DNA from: an uncultured delta proteobacterium
GTDB lineage: Bacteria; Myxococcota_A; Polyangia; Polyangiales; Polyangiaceae
DNA: 64,000 nt
Direction: 5' to 3'
NCBI GenBank assembly: GCA_963850305.1
Contig: CAWKKR010000007.1
Coordinates: forward strand, 352,001 to 416,000
The notes under the pieces were generated by a model. The model was not told the origin of the DNA and made no database searches. It saw only the letters and a list, made by a program, of their open reading frames with translations. Each line of letters starts with the position of its first letter. Positions within the stretch are counted from its first letter, which is position 1. This document shows, piece by piece, positions 1 through 10,996 of the stretch. Made by a program: the position numbers and the translations under genes.

Positions 1-1701
1 TCTGTCCCTGCCAACGAACCGACCGACGCGAACCCTCCGAACTTCATCCATGAGCTCGTGGAGGCGGATCGCGCAAGCCACAAGCGCGGCGGTCGAGTCG
101 CGACTCGCTTTCCACCCGAGCCGAACGGCTATCTTCACATCGGACACGCGAAGAGCATCTGCCTCAACTTCGGTCTCGCGAGGAAATACGGCGGGACGTG
201 TAACCTTCGCTTCGACGACACGAACCCGCTCACCGAGGAGATCGAGTTCGTGGAGTCCATCCAGGCGGACGTACGCTGGCTCGGGTTCGACTGGGACAAC
301 CTGTATTTCGCCTCGGATTACTTCGAGCAGCTTTACCGATGGGCGGAGCAGCTCATCGAACAGGGCAAGGCTTACGTCGATTCGCGATCTCTCGACGAGA
401 TCCGGGAGACCCGTGGCAGCTTCTACAAGGTCGGGACGCCGAGTCCGCATCGTGAGCGCCCGATGGCCGAAAATCTCGAGCTGTTCCGTCGCATGCGAGA
501 CGGGGACTTCCCCGACGGTTCGCACGTTCTCCGGGCGAAGATCGACATGGCTTCGCCGAACATGAACCTCCGGGACCCGCCCATGTACCGGATCCGGAAG
601 GCGAAGCATCATCGGACCGGGGACAGCTGGTGCATCTATCCCATCTACGACTATGCCCACGGCCAGTGCGACGCGATCGAACACATCACGCACTCGATCT
701 GCACGCTGGAGTTCGAGAATCACCGTCCGCTCTACGACTGGTTCCTGCGGGAGATCGGCGTGGAAGATCCGCCCGAGCAGACGGAGTTTGCACGACTGAA
801 CATCGGATTTACCGTGCTCTCGAAGCGCAAGCTCCAGATTCTCGTCGAGGAGCGTCACGTCACCGGCTGGGACGATCCCCGCATGCCGACGCTCGCCGGG
901 CTGCGCCGTCGCGGCTACACAGCGGAAGCCATTCGCTCGTTCTGCGACCGCATCGGCGTCGCCCGGAAAGACGGCGTCGTGGACGTGGCGCTGCTCGAGT
1001 TCGAGCTCCGCGAGGATCTCAACGGGCGTTCGCCACGAGCCATGGCCGTGCTCAAGCCGCTCCGGCTCGTCATCGAGAATTTCCCCGACGGGGAAGTCGA
1101 ATGGTTCGAGGCATCGAATCATCCGGAGTTCCCCGACCGAGGTTCGAGAAGGATCCCGTTCTCCAGGGTCGTCTACGTCGAGGAGGACGACTTTCGAGAA
1201 ACGCCGCCGAAGGGATGGTTTCGTCTCGCACCGGGTGCCGAGGTGAGGTTGCGCTCCGCGTGCCTCGTGCGGTGCCGCGAAGTGGTGAAGGATGAAGCGG
1301 GCCGTGTCGTCGAGCTCCGCTGCACATGGGACCCCGACTCGCGCGGGGGCATGCCGAAGGATGGACGCAAGGTGAAGGGGACGATCCACTGGGTCTCCGC
1401 GGCCCACGCCGTCGACGCCGAGGTCCGGCTTTACGATCGACTGTTCTCGGTGGAAAATCCGTCGGAGGGCGAAGACGGGGGCGAGCCGTTCACGCGTCAC
1501 CTGAACCCGAATTCGCTCGAACTCGCTCGCGGCGCGAAGCTCGAGCCAAGCCTCGCGGGCGCGACGGCCGGCGCCGCGTTCCAGTTCGAGCGACTGGGAT
1601 ACTTCTGCGCCGACCCCGACAGCAGACCCGGCGCGCTCGTCTGGAACCGGACCATCGGGCTCCGGGACAGCTGGGCGAAGATCGAGCGCAAGGGCGGCTG
1701 A
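1..1701 (+). CDS. glnS: Glutamine--tRNA ligase (5' end lies upstream of the window)
   Basis: Frame 1 is open from base 1 (…[10 protein letters not shown]…). Motifs [52 protein letters not shown]. Confidence 0.97.
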   Translation, partial: SVPANEPTDANPPNFIHELVEADRASHKRGGRVATRFPPEPNGYLHIGHAKSICLNFGLARKYGGTCNLRFDDTNPLTEEIEFVESIQADVRWLGFDWDNLYFASDYFEQLYRWAEQLIEQGKAYVDSRSLDEIRETRGSFYKVGTPSPHRERPMAENLELFRRMRDGDFPDGSHVLRAKIDMASPNMNLRDPPMYRIRKAKHHRTGDSWCIYPIYDYAHGQCDAIEHITHSICTLEFENHRPLYDWFLREIGVEDPPEQTEFARLNIGFTVLSKRKLQILVEERHVTGWDDPRMPTLAGLRRRGYTAEAIRSFCDRIGVARKDGVVDVALLEFELREDLNGRSPRAMAVLKPLRLVIENFPDGEVEWFEASNHPEFPDRGSRRIPFSRVVYVEEDDFRETPPKGWFRLAPGAEVRLRSACLVRCREVVKDEAGRVVELRCTWDPDSRGGMPKDGRKVKGTIHWVSAAHAVDAEVRLYDRLFSVENPSEGEDGGEPFTRHLNPNSLELARGAKLEPSLAGATAGAAFQFERLGYFCADPDSRPGALVWNRTIGLRDSWAKIERKGG

Positions 1702-1713
1702 CCGGCGACGTCG

Positions 1714-4080
1714 CTACGACGGACGAAGGCGCAGCACGCCGATCGGCACGAGGAGCAGGACGTAACAGCCAGCCGCGGCGACGACGAGTGCGCCGAGGCC
1801 CCACGAGAGCGCCACGAGCACCGACACGCTGCTCGCGACGACGCTACCAACGCCGTTCAGTCCCCAGAGCCACGGCGTTTCGGCACCGTGGGAGGTCGCG
1901 AAGAGCCGCATGCCAACCGGAAACGCGAGTCCGAGCGGTGCGCCGATGACGGCCGTGATCGACGCCGCCGACGCGATGCGCACCAGGGTCGTCTCCGCGA
2001 TCACGTGCCGGGCGATCGACGGCCACGCGATCGCGAAGACCGACAGCACGACCGCGATGAGCAACGGATACACGAAGCAATACGGCGCTCGTGCAAACGG
2101 CAAGCGGTCGCTCACCAGCGACCCGAGTCCCGCGGAGCCGACCAGCGTCGAGAGGACGACGATCAAGCTGAAGATGGGCTGCCCGAGCACGAGCGAGAGC
2201 CGCTCCAGCAACGCTATTTCCACGAACATGAACCCGACGCCGATGAGCAGGAAATAGGCGAACCCAGCCACGAGGCTCGAGGGGACGCGTCCCATCGGCC
2301 GCGCTCGATACGCGAGCGGAACCCCTATGGACGCGAGCGCGAGCACCAGCGAGGCGAATACGGTGAGCCCGAGGGTGCGGGTCGCGAGGAGATTCCCCTC
2401 GATCGTCCCCTCGACGATCTGCGGGAGGGGTTTCCAGAGCGCGGACAGTCTCACCACATTGAAGAAGAACGGGCGATCGTCGGTCGGCGCGCGCAGATCC
2501 AGGGTCGGGGAATATCCGGTCCGGTCGAGTTCGCCCCGGTTCCGCGCGGCAAGCAGTGCTTCGAGCCTCGGATTCATGGACGGTTCGCCAGGTATCGCGA
2601 CGATGACGAAGCCCCTCTTTGCCGCGATCTGGCGGAGCGTCGCGACATCGCCCGGCGTCAAGGGAGCTTCGCCGACGAGGATCGTCGAGACGAGCCCCGC
2701 GCCCAGGAGCGCGATGTGATCGCGCGGACGCTCGACGCCGTCCGCGAAGAGAGCCGCCTCGGCGAGCGCGACGAGGCGCTCCGTCTCGACCGTCGACCAG
2801 CGGGACACGGTGAAGATCCCCGACGGCGCGAGCCGGCCGAGGAACGTGCGGAACGCTTCCACGGTGTAGAGCGAGTTCTCGCCGAGGGCGTGCGCGCCCG
2901 CGCCCGTCGCCGCCCATGTGTCGATGAGCGACGCCTGGATCACACTGAAGCGCTCGTGCGTCCGCGAGAGGTAGCTTCTCCCGTCGTCGTGGACGAGGCG
3001 CACGTCGGGGCGATGGGCGACGAGGGTCGGCGCGCCCATCGGGCCGTTCAGGATCTCGAGGAGCCTGTCGTTGAGCTCGATGCCCGTGACGGGCGAGTGC
3101 CCCGCGAGCAGCGCCGCCTGGACGTCCCGCGACCCCCCGACGCCGATGACGGCGGACGGGCCGCCCTGACGGAGCAGATTCGCGACGTCGGTGACGTCGC
3201 ATTCGATGAAGCGGAGCGACTCGAGATCACCGTTCGCGTCGTAGAGGGGCGTTGCCGCGTGTCCATCGATGACGAGCACCCTCTGGGTCACCTGCGGCGC
3301 GACGCACTTCGAACCCAACCCCCAGAACATCGCCGGCGCCGGAGCCGCGCGGAATACCTCGATCCGCGAGTGGCTGTTCCAGAGCTCTTCCTGGATGTAC
3401 GCATATTGCTCGGGCCGCTCCTTGACCCACAGCGGCCGAAGGCCGCGATCGGTCGAGCGGTTCGCGAGCGTGAGAAGTGCGAGACCGGCGCAGGTGACGA
3501 GGGCACGTCGAGCGGCGCGGCCACTTGCCGTCGCGTGGGCGAACGAGAACGAAGCCGCAGCCGCGAGGATGCCGACGACGAAGATCGCACTGCCGCCGTC
3601 GAGGTAATGCAGGAGCAAGGGGACGAGGGGCGCGCCGAGCGCCGCGCCGAGCAGATCGACGGCATAGACGCGACCGATGGGGAACCGGCTGCGAGTGACC
3701 GCGCCCGCGATCGCGATGCCCGCGGGATAGAAGGGCAGGGCGATGGCGGCCGAGAACACCAGAAACAGGACGACCGTCGTCGCGATCGGCTCCGAGCGGA
3801 TCGGGACGATGAGCAGGATCACGTAGCTTGCGGGCACAGCCAGGGCGAAGTGAAAGGCCGCGCGGGAGAGCGTCGCCGCGAGTTTCTCCTCGTCGGCGGA
3901 GGTCTGGTCGAAATAGACGCGCAGCGCGCCTGCGGTGAGTCCGCACAGCCCCATCGCGATGACGAAGAACGCCAGCGAGTACCACGTCAGGACGGACAGG
4001 AGCCGCGTATCGAGAACTTCCAGCGCAAGCGTCGCGCTCGTGACGAGGGCGAGCCCGGCCAGAAACGGACCTTGCCTCAC
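1714..4080 (-). CDS. Membrane protein with central spermidine-synthase-like SAM-binding domain
   Basis: N- and C-terminal multi-TM blocks (YAVDLLGAALG, WGLNGVGSV) flank VIGVGGSRD…GIELN…DDGRSYL…LYTVEAF. Confidence 0.8.
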   Translation of the reverse strand: MRQGPFLAGLALVTSATLALEVLDTRLLSVLTWYSLAFFVIAMGLCGLTAGALRVYFDQTSADEEKLAATLSRAAFHFALAVPASYVILLIVPIRSEPIATTVVLFLVFSAAIALPFYPAGIAIAGAVTRSRFPIGRVYAVDLLGAALGAPLVPLLLHYLDGGSAIFVVGILAAAASFSFAHATASGRAARRALVTCAGLALLTLANRSTDRGLRPLWVKERPEQYAYIQEELWNSHSRIEVFRAAPAPAMFWGLGSKCVAPQVTQRVLVIDGHAATPLYDANGDLESLRFIECDVTDVANLLRQGGPSAVIGVGGSRDVQAALLAGHSPVTGIELNDRLLEILNGPMGAPTLVAHRPDVRLVHDDGRSYLSRTHERFSVIQASLIDTWAATGAGAHALGENSLYTVEAFRTFLGRLAPSGIFTVSRWSTVETERLVALAEAALFADGVERPRDHIALLGAGLVSTILVGEAPLTPGDVATLRQIAAKRGFVIVAIPGEPSMNPRLEALLAARNRGELDRTGYSPTLDLRAPTDDRPFFFNVVRLSALWKPLPQIVEGTIEGNLLATRTLGLTVFASLVLALASIGVPLAYRARPMGRVPSSLVAGFAYFLLIGVGFMFVEIALLERLSLVLGQPIFSLIVVLSTLVGSAGLGSLVSDRLPFARAPYCFVYPLLIAVVLSVFAIAWPSIARHVIAETTLVRIASAASITAVIGAPLGLAFPVGMRLFATSHGAETPWLWGLNGVGSVVASSVSVLVALSWGLGALVVAAAGCYVLLLVPIGVLRLRPS

Positions 4081-4421
4081 TTCGGCGGTCCGTCCTTCGG
4101 CTTCATGGGCGGCGGCGGGTGGGAATAGGCGAGGGACGAGTGGCGCTCTTCGTAAGACGCTGCGGAGGCTTCCTTGTAGAGCTCGTGCGCGCCGGGCAAC
4201 TTGGGATTCTGTCGCATGAGGGTGAGCAGGCGGTTCATCGCGACCTGCGGCGCCAGCCCTCCTTCGCGGATCCCGATCTTGACGTCGAGCAGCTCGGTGA
4301 GCGCCGGGTTCGTGTTCGCCTGCGCCAGCTTTCCGAGGGCGTCGCGAGCGGCCCCGACGTCACCCTTCTCGATGCTTTCGTCGATTGCGCCGAAGGGTTC
4401 CGGAAGATTCAAGGTGGCCAT
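4077..4421 (-). CDS. Small hypothetical protein, translationally coupled to the downstream membrane methyltransferase-like gene
   Basis: 114 aa ORF with natural composition, 4-bp GTGA overlap at 4077-4080, and TACCCT -10-like box 7 nt before the ATG. Confidence 0.7.
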   Translation of the reverse strand: MATLNLPEPFGAIDESIEKGDVGAARDALGKLAQANTNPALTELLDVKIGIREGGLAPQVAMNRLLTLMRQNPKLPGAHELYKEASAASYEERHSSLAYSHPPPPMKPKDGPPK

Positions 4422-4533
4422 TCAGCCGAGGGTACCAGGACTCTTCCCAGGTGTCCGAATCGCTCGTAGGCTCGGCCGCCCTCGCCAGCGCGTCCACCCC
4501 GGCATCCCGCATCGGAAGCGAACTCCAGAGAAA

Positions 4534-4926
4534 ATGTCAGGTTCCGCCGTCTCCAAGCTCACTTGCCTGCTCGTCGAGGATTCCCCGATGATGCGGCAGC
4601 TTCTGGCCTTCGCGCTCGCCCGGGTGAAGGGGCTCCGCGTCGTGGAGGTCGACGATGGGGTGGAGGCTCTCCGAAAGCTCGCGGCGGGGCCCTTCGACAT
4701 CATCGTGACCGATATCAACATGCCGATCCTCGATGGTCTCAAGCTCGTCCAGCGGGTGCGGAACGACGCGGTCCACAGGGACACGCCGATCGTCGTGGTG
4801 ACCACCGAGAGTGCCGCGGAGGATCGCGATCGCGCGCTCGAGCTCGGCGCAAACGCTTACATCACCAAGCCGATTCAGGCTCCCGACGTGATCGCGACGG
4901 TGAAACGCCTGCTCGACATGGCATGA
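4534..4926 (+). CDS. Single-domain response regulator (CheY-like receiver)
   Basis: LLVEDSPMMR…TDINMPILDG…VTTE…YITKP. ATG at 4534 is preferred over the longer ORF start. Confidence 0.92.
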   Translation: MSGSAVSKLTCLLVEDSPMMRQLLAFALARVKGLRVVEVDDGVEALRKLAAGPFDIIVTDINMPILDGLKLVQRVRNDAVHRDTPIVVVTTESAAEDRDRALELGANAYITKPIQAPDVIATVKRLLDMA

Positions 4927-4930
4927 CGGC

Positions 4931-5554
4931 GTGATGACGCCCCTGTACGTGAAGATTTGCGGCATCACGAGGGTCGAGGATGCGACGCTCTGTGTCGAGG
5001 CCGGGGCGTCCGCGATTGGACTCAATTTCGTGCCGTCGTCGAAGCGGCGCGTCGATGAAGCGACGGCCGCGCGCATTGCAGACTCGGTGCGCGGTCGCAT
5101 CGAGATCGTGGCGGTAGTGGCGGATTTTCCTGAAGCGGATCTCCGGCGGCTCCGCGCCGCCGTTGGCGTCGAATGGCTCCAATTGCACGGCACCGAGTCG
5201 CCGGATGACCTGGCGGCAGTGCTGCCCTCGGCGTTCAAGGCCGTGGGGCTCCGCGACGCGACCGACGTCCGGAGAGCCGGCGATTTCGGCGGGGAGCGGC
5301 TGCTCGCGGACGCCAAGGTCGACGGCATCCTGGGAGGCAGCGGAGTTCCGTTCGACTGGTCTCTCGCGAGCGCGCTGGTGGGAACCCGCGCCGTGATCGT
5401 GGCGGGCGGGCTCACTCCCGCGAACGTCGGGGATGCGGTTGGTCGGTTGCGTCCGTTCGGGGTGGACGTCGCGAGCGGCGTGGAATCTGCGCCCGGAATC
5501 AAGGACGCGGCGAAGGTTCGCGCGTTCGTGAACGCCGCGCGCGGGGCGTCGTGA
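4931..5554 (+). CDS. trpF: Phosphoribosylanthranilate isomerase
   Basis: VKICGIT, QLHG, GGSG..FDW, AGGL.P.NV, GVDVASGVE..PG.KD. Confidence 0.96.
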   Translation: MMTPLYVKICGITRVEDATLCVEAGASAIGLNFVPSSKRRVDEATAARIADSVRGRIEIVAVVADFPEADLRRLRAAVGVEWLQLHGTESPDDLAAVLPSAFKAVGLRDATDVRRAGDFGGERLLADAKVDGILGGSGVPFDWSLASALVGTRAVIVAGGLTPANVGDAVGRLRPFGVDVASGVESAPGIKDAAKVRAFVNAARGAS

Positions 5555-5639
5555 CGTCGCGACCTCGAGAATAAGGCCTAAGGCCGACCTCACGGATCGT
5601 CCGTCGTAGCGCTTTCCCGCCGACTCGACGTGGTGCAAA

Positions 5640-5744
5640 CGTCGCCGTGAATCGAGCATGGCTCAGCGTGAGTCGAAGCGTGCTCAGCGTGAGTCGATGC
5701 CTGCTCGGCTTGAGTCGGGCATTGCTCAGCCTGAGTCGGGCGTT
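5640..5744. repeat. 21-bp tandem repeat, about 5 imperfect copies (consensus GCTCAGCNTGAGTCGNNNNNT)
   Basis: GAATC/GAGTC cores at 5649, 5670, 5691, 5712 and 5733, exactly 21 bp apart. Confidence 0.9.
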
Positions 5745-5836
5745 GCCCGGGCGCGGGAGCAAGCGCCGGTCGAAATTGGGACGCGCCGGAGGCCGAAAAC
5801 GTCCCCAACGAGGGGCTGCACCCGTTGCGAACGCCG

Positions 5837-5864
5837 ATGACTCGAGCGCGACGCGAGGTATAGT
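5837..5864 (+). promoter_or_regulatory. Putative sigma70 promoter for trpBA (probably leaderless)
   Basis: ATGACT-16 nt-TATAGT, ending 8 nt before ATG 5873; no Shine-Dalgarno. Confidence 0.55.
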
Positions 5865-5872
5865 TCGCGCGC

Positions 5873-7109
<1,237 letters not shown>

Positions 7110-7113
<4 letters not shown>

Positions 7114-7922
7114 CGGTAGAGAATGTCCGGCGCGTGTTCGACGCGCTCGCGGAGAAGAAAAAGACCGCGCTCATCGCCTATCTGTGCGTCGGCGATCCGA
7201 GCGTCGCGGACTCCTCGGCGTGCGCGCTCGCGGCGGTGGAGGCCGGCGCGGACATCCTCGAGATTGGCGTGCCCTTCAGCGAGCCGACCGCGGACGGTCC
7301 GGTCATCGCCGCTGCGGCCTATCGCGCGATCCATAGCGGCGGCTCCCTGCGATCCGCGCTGGAGGTGGTGCGCGCCGTACGAGCGAAGAGCGACGCGCCG
7401 ATGGTGCTCTTCACTTACTACAATCCGATCATCGCCTTCGGCGAGGAACGGCTGCCAGCGGCTGCGCGGGAAGCGGGAGTGGACGCGCTCCTCGTCGTGG
7501 ATTTGCCGCCCGAAGAGGGCCACGCGTTGCGGAAGTCGGCGAAGGCCGCCGGGCTCGCCTTCATTCCGTTGCTCGCGCCGACCAGCGGACCCGAGCGCGA
7601 GCAAGCCGCGTTCGCGACGGCGAGTGGGTTCGTCTATTATGTGTCCCTGACGGGCGTGACGGGCGCTGCGGGCGTTTCGATGGAAGACGCATCGACCCGG
7701 GCCAACGCGCTGCGCGACCGCGCCCGCCTCCCCGTCGTGGTCGGCTTCGGCATCGATTCGGGCGAAAAGGCCCGTATCGCTCACCGGCACGGGGTGTCGG
7801 GCATCGTCGTCGGCACGGCCGTCGTGAAGGCGATCGCTTCGGGAAAGGACACGCGAAGCCGCGCCGGCGCGGTGTCGGCGCTCGTCCGTGAACTGCGGGC
7901 CGGACTGGACGGCGGCTCCTGA
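7110..7922 (+). CDS. trpA: Tryptophan synthase alpha chain
   Basis: GTG start overlaps the trpB stop. [44 protein letters not shown]. Confidence 0.96.
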
Positions 7923-8021
7923 AGTTCACGCGAGAGAAAACTCCGGGAAACTCGCGCGCTCATAGCCTCTCCCCAGGACCCCGGTGCGCGAGCCCGCGCG
8001 CGCGGCCCTGGAGAGCGAGTC

Positions 8022-8690
8022 ATGGCGAGGGTCGTCGTTAGCGCAGAGCCGGAGCCGATCGCGATCGACGTGGCGCGGACGGCGGTGCTCATCATCGATA
8101 TGCAGCGTGATTTTCTCGAACCGGGTGGGTTCGGGGAATCGCTCGGGAACGACGTCTCGCTGCTCTCCGCCGCGGTGGCGCCGTGTCGCGCGCTCCTCGA
8201 AGGTGCGCGCCGGAAAGGTATGATGGTAGTGCACACTCGTGAAGGCCATCGAACGGACCTGGCCGACGCGCCGAAGGCGAAGGTCGAACGCGGTGCGCCC
8301 AGCGTGCGTATCGGCGCGCCTGGTCCGATGGGGCGCATCCTGATCCGGGGCGAGCCGGGGCACGACATCGTTCCGGGGCTCTATCCTATCGCCGGCGAGC
8401 CCGTCGTGGACAAGCCCGGCAAGGGCGCATTCTACGCGACGGATCTTCAGTCGATCCTCGTCAATCGCGGGATCGAGAATCTGATCGTCTGCGGCGTGAC
8501 GACGGAGGTCTGCGTGCACACTACCGTGCGCGAGGCGAATGACCGCGGCTATCGCTGCATCGTCCCCGGAGACTGCTGCGGCTCCTACTTCCCGGAGTTC
8601 CATGAAGTGGGCCTGCGCATGATCAAGGCGCAAGGCGGGATCTTCGGCTGGGTGTCGGATTCGAAGAGCGTCCTTCTTGCCCTGGATTGA
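8022..8690 (+). CDS. trtA: Isochorismatase-like cysteine hydrolase, triuret hydrolase (TrtA)-like within the BiuH/TrtA/GuuH group
   Basis: IIDMQRDF..GGFG..LGND, HTREGH, GPMGRILIRGEPG, DKPGKGAFYAT, GVTTEVCV, SYFP, AQGG. Asp-Lys-Cys triad intact. Subfamily assigned from recalled TrtA signature residues. Confidence 0.72.
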   Translation: MARVVVSAEPEPIAIDVARTAVLIIDMQRDFLEPGGFGESLGNDVSLLSAAVAPCRALLEGARRKGMMVVHTREGHRTDLADAPKAKVERGAPSVRIGAPGPMGRILIRGEPGHDIVPGLYPIAGEPVVDKPGKGAFYATDLQSILVNRGIENLIVCGVTTEVCVHTTVREANDRGYRCIVPGDCCGSYFPEFHEVGLRMIKAQGGIFGWVSDSKSVLLALD

Positions 8691-8728
8691 AACATGTCGA
8701 ACCGGTCATCGCCGAGAGAGCAGGCCCC

Positions 8729-10309
8729 ATGACATCGTCCCACAAGCCAACCCTCTGGACGCCCGGAGATTGGAACGCCTTCTTCGGTTTCGGAACCAAC
8801 ATTCTCGTCAATCTCCTCGTCTTGAGCGGGCTCCTGCGCTTCGTGCTCAAGATGCCCGACGAGCTCGTTTTCCGCCGGATCTTGCCGGCGACGGGGCTGA
8901 TGCTCTGCATGAGCACGCTCTATTACGCGTGGCTCGCGTACCGGCTGGCGAAGGCGACCGGGCGCACCGACGTGTGCGCGTTGCCGTCCGGAATCAGCGT
9001 GCCGCACATGTTCGTGGTGACATTCGTCATCATGCTGCCGATCGCCTCTAAGACGGGCGATCCCGTCAAGGGCTGGGAAGCCGGCCTGACGTGGGTGTTC
9101 ATCCAGAGCTTCGTGCTCATGGCCGGCGGGTTCATCGCGCCGATCATTCGCAAGATCACGCCGCGCGCGGCCCTGCTGGGGACGCTGGCCGGCGTTTCGA
9201 TCGCGTTCATATCCATGCGGCCCGCCCTCGAGATGTACATGACGCCGTTCATCGGCGTCATCTGCTTCGCCGTCATCCTGTCCAGCTGGTTCGGTGGCGT
9301 CCGGTACTTCAAGGGGACCCCCGCCGGTCTCGTCGCGATCGCCGTGGGGACGATCATCGCGTGGGGCTCGACGGCGGTGGGGCATCCGATGGGGGGGCTC
9401 TCCGCCGCGAAGCTCGGCGAATCCGTGGCCAATTTCGGGTTCGCGATGCCGGTGCCCGCCTTCGGTCATGTCTTCTCGGGCTTCCAGTTTCTCGGCGTGA
9501 TCCTGGTCACGGCGATCCCGTTCGGCATCTACGATCTCGTCGAAGCCATCGACAACGTCGAGAGCGCGTCCGTTGCCGGCGACAGCTTCCCGACGACGCG
9601 TGTGCTCACCGCCGACGGCGTCGTGAGCCTGGTGGGGTGTCTGATGGGGAACCCGTTCATCAATGCCGTCTACATCGGTCACCCCGGGTGGAAGGCGATG
9701 GGGGGACGCATCGGGTACTCGGCCGCAACGGGGATCACGGTCCTGCTCCTTTCATGGCTCGGCGTGCTCTCCGTCATGGTCGCGCTCATTCCCGTCGTCG
9801 CGATATCCCCGATCCTTCTTTACATTGGCATGTTGATCGGCGCGCAGGCGTTCCAGGAGACTCCGAAGAAGCACGCTCCCGCGATCATCCTGGCTCTCAC
9901 CCCGCACCTGGCTGCCTGGGGGAAGCTCCAGATCGACAACGCCCTTGGCGCGGCGGGAACGAACGCGCACGCCGTCGGTATCGACAAGCTGGCTCAAACC
10001 GGCGTGCTCTACGACGGTCTGTCGGTCCTCGGGGGCGGCTCGATTCTGGCGGGGCTCATCCTCGGCGCCATCGGTGCGTTCGTGATCGACCGCGAATTCG
10101 CGAAGGCCGCCGCGTTTGCCCTCGCAGGCGGCGTGCTCACGTTCTTCGGTTTCATGCACGGGGAGGCGATCGGCGTCGGGCAAACGCCCCTTGTCGCGAT
10201 GAGCTATCTCGCCGTCGCGGTCTTCCTGTTCGCATGCGGCAAGTTTGCCGTGGTGACGGAACTGGTGTCGATGCGCCATGAGGAAGGAGCTCCAGCCCCC
10301 GCGGAATGA
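8729..10309 (+). CDS. Multi-pass permease (NCS2/AzgA-like superfamily) associated with the amide hydrolase
   Basis: WTPGDWNAFFGFGTN, ALPSGISVPH, YIGHPGWKAMGGRIGYS; at least 12 hydrophobic segments. Alternative TTG start at 8687. Confidence 0.8.
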   Translation: MTSSHKPTLWTPGDWNAFFGFGTNILVNLLVLSGLLRFVLKMPDELVFRRILPATGLMLCMSTLYYAWLAYRLAKATGRTDVCALPSGISVPHMFVVTFVIMLPIASKTGDPVKGWEAGLTWVFIQSFVLMAGGFIAPIIRKITPRAALLGTLAGVSIAFISMRPALEMYMTPFIGVICFAVILSSWFGGVRYFKGTPAGLVAIAVGTIIAWGSTAVGHPMGGLSAAKLGESVANFGFAMPVPAFGHVFSGFQFLGVILVTAIPFGIYDLVEAIDNVESASVAGDSFPTTRVLTADGVVSLVGCLMGNPFINAVYIGHPGWKAMGGRIGYSAATGITVLLLSWLGVLSVMVALIPVVAISPILLYIGMLIGAQAFQETPKKHAPAIILALTPHLAAWGKLQIDNALGAAGTNAHAVGIDKLAQTGVLYDGLSVLGGGSILAGLILGAIGAFVIDREFAKAAAFALAGGVLTFFGFMHGEAIGVGQTPLVAMSYLAVAVFLFACGKFAVVTELVSMRHEEGAPAPAE

Positions 10310-10360
10310 CGCGACGGGTCCTGTCGAGTCACCGTGCGTCTCGCGCGCCAGACTCCGGCA

Positions 10361-10996
10361 CTAACCGATCTCGACCTCGAACTGCTCGAGGGTGACGCCG
10401 AACGGGCCCGCGTCGATGAGCGTGCCGTGCGCGACGCCGCCGCTCGGCGCTTCTCCGACGGAGCCGACGTTCACGATGTGAACGCCATCGAGCTGGCGAT
10501 GAAAGGGGACGTGGGACCCTCCGCACACGATGAGATCCGCGGGGTCGTCGCCCACGAGGGCGAGCAATTCGTCATCGGTCATGTCGGCGGTGAAAGGTTC
10601 GGTCGGATCCATGGGCGAGCCGTGAACGACGACCATCTCTTCGCCGTTCTCGAGGGGCAGCCGCACGGTCGGCGGGAGCTTGCCCAGGCGAGCCACGATG
10701 AGCTCTCCCAAGCGCTGCTTTGCGGCGACGAGCTGCTCCAGCCGCGCGCGCTGGTCGGGTGTTGCTGGCACGAGTTTCGCTGGATTGACGCTCGCGACGG
10801 CCCGGTCGGACAGGCCCTGAGCGCACACCGCGCGATATTCGAGCAGCGTGTGCCACGTCTCGAGCGGCTCGGGGCCAGGGAACACCAGATCTCCGCACAC
10901 GACCACCGCCTGAAAGTCGCGGGTCTTCCCCTCCGCGAGGATCGCTCTCAGCGCGCGAGCGTGTCCGTGGATGTCGGAGAGACAGAGGAATCGCAT
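10361..10996 (-). CDS. Calcineurin-like metallophosphoesterase (YfcE-like)
   Basis: SDIHGH, CGDLV, VHGSP, GGSHVP, NVGSVG. Confidence 0.88.
   Translation of the reverse strand: MRFLCLSDIHGHARALRAILAEGKTRDFQAVVVCGDLVFPGPEPLETWHTLLEYRAVCAQGLSDRAVASVNPAKLVPATPDQRARLEQLVAAKQRLGELIVARLGKLPPTVRLPLENGEEMVVVHGSPMDPTEPFTADMTDDELLALVGDDPADLIVCGGSHVPFHRQLDGVHIVNVGSVGEAPSGGVAHGTLIDAGPFGVTLEQFEVEIG

Noticed and set aside
5640..5744. CRISPR array
   Set aside because: Units are directly tandem (21 bp) with no unique spacers, and there are no cas genes.
5555..5872. trp attenuator or leader peptide
   Set aside because: No short ORF with tandem Trp codons or terminator/antiterminator with a U-tract; the likely promoter sits immediately before trpB.
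7923..8021. Guanidine-type riboswitch before the amide hydrolase
   Set aside because: A GC-rich hairpin could cover the GGAGAG RBS, but no paired ACGR loops or ykkC-type consensus is visible; hairpins are expected by chance at this GC.
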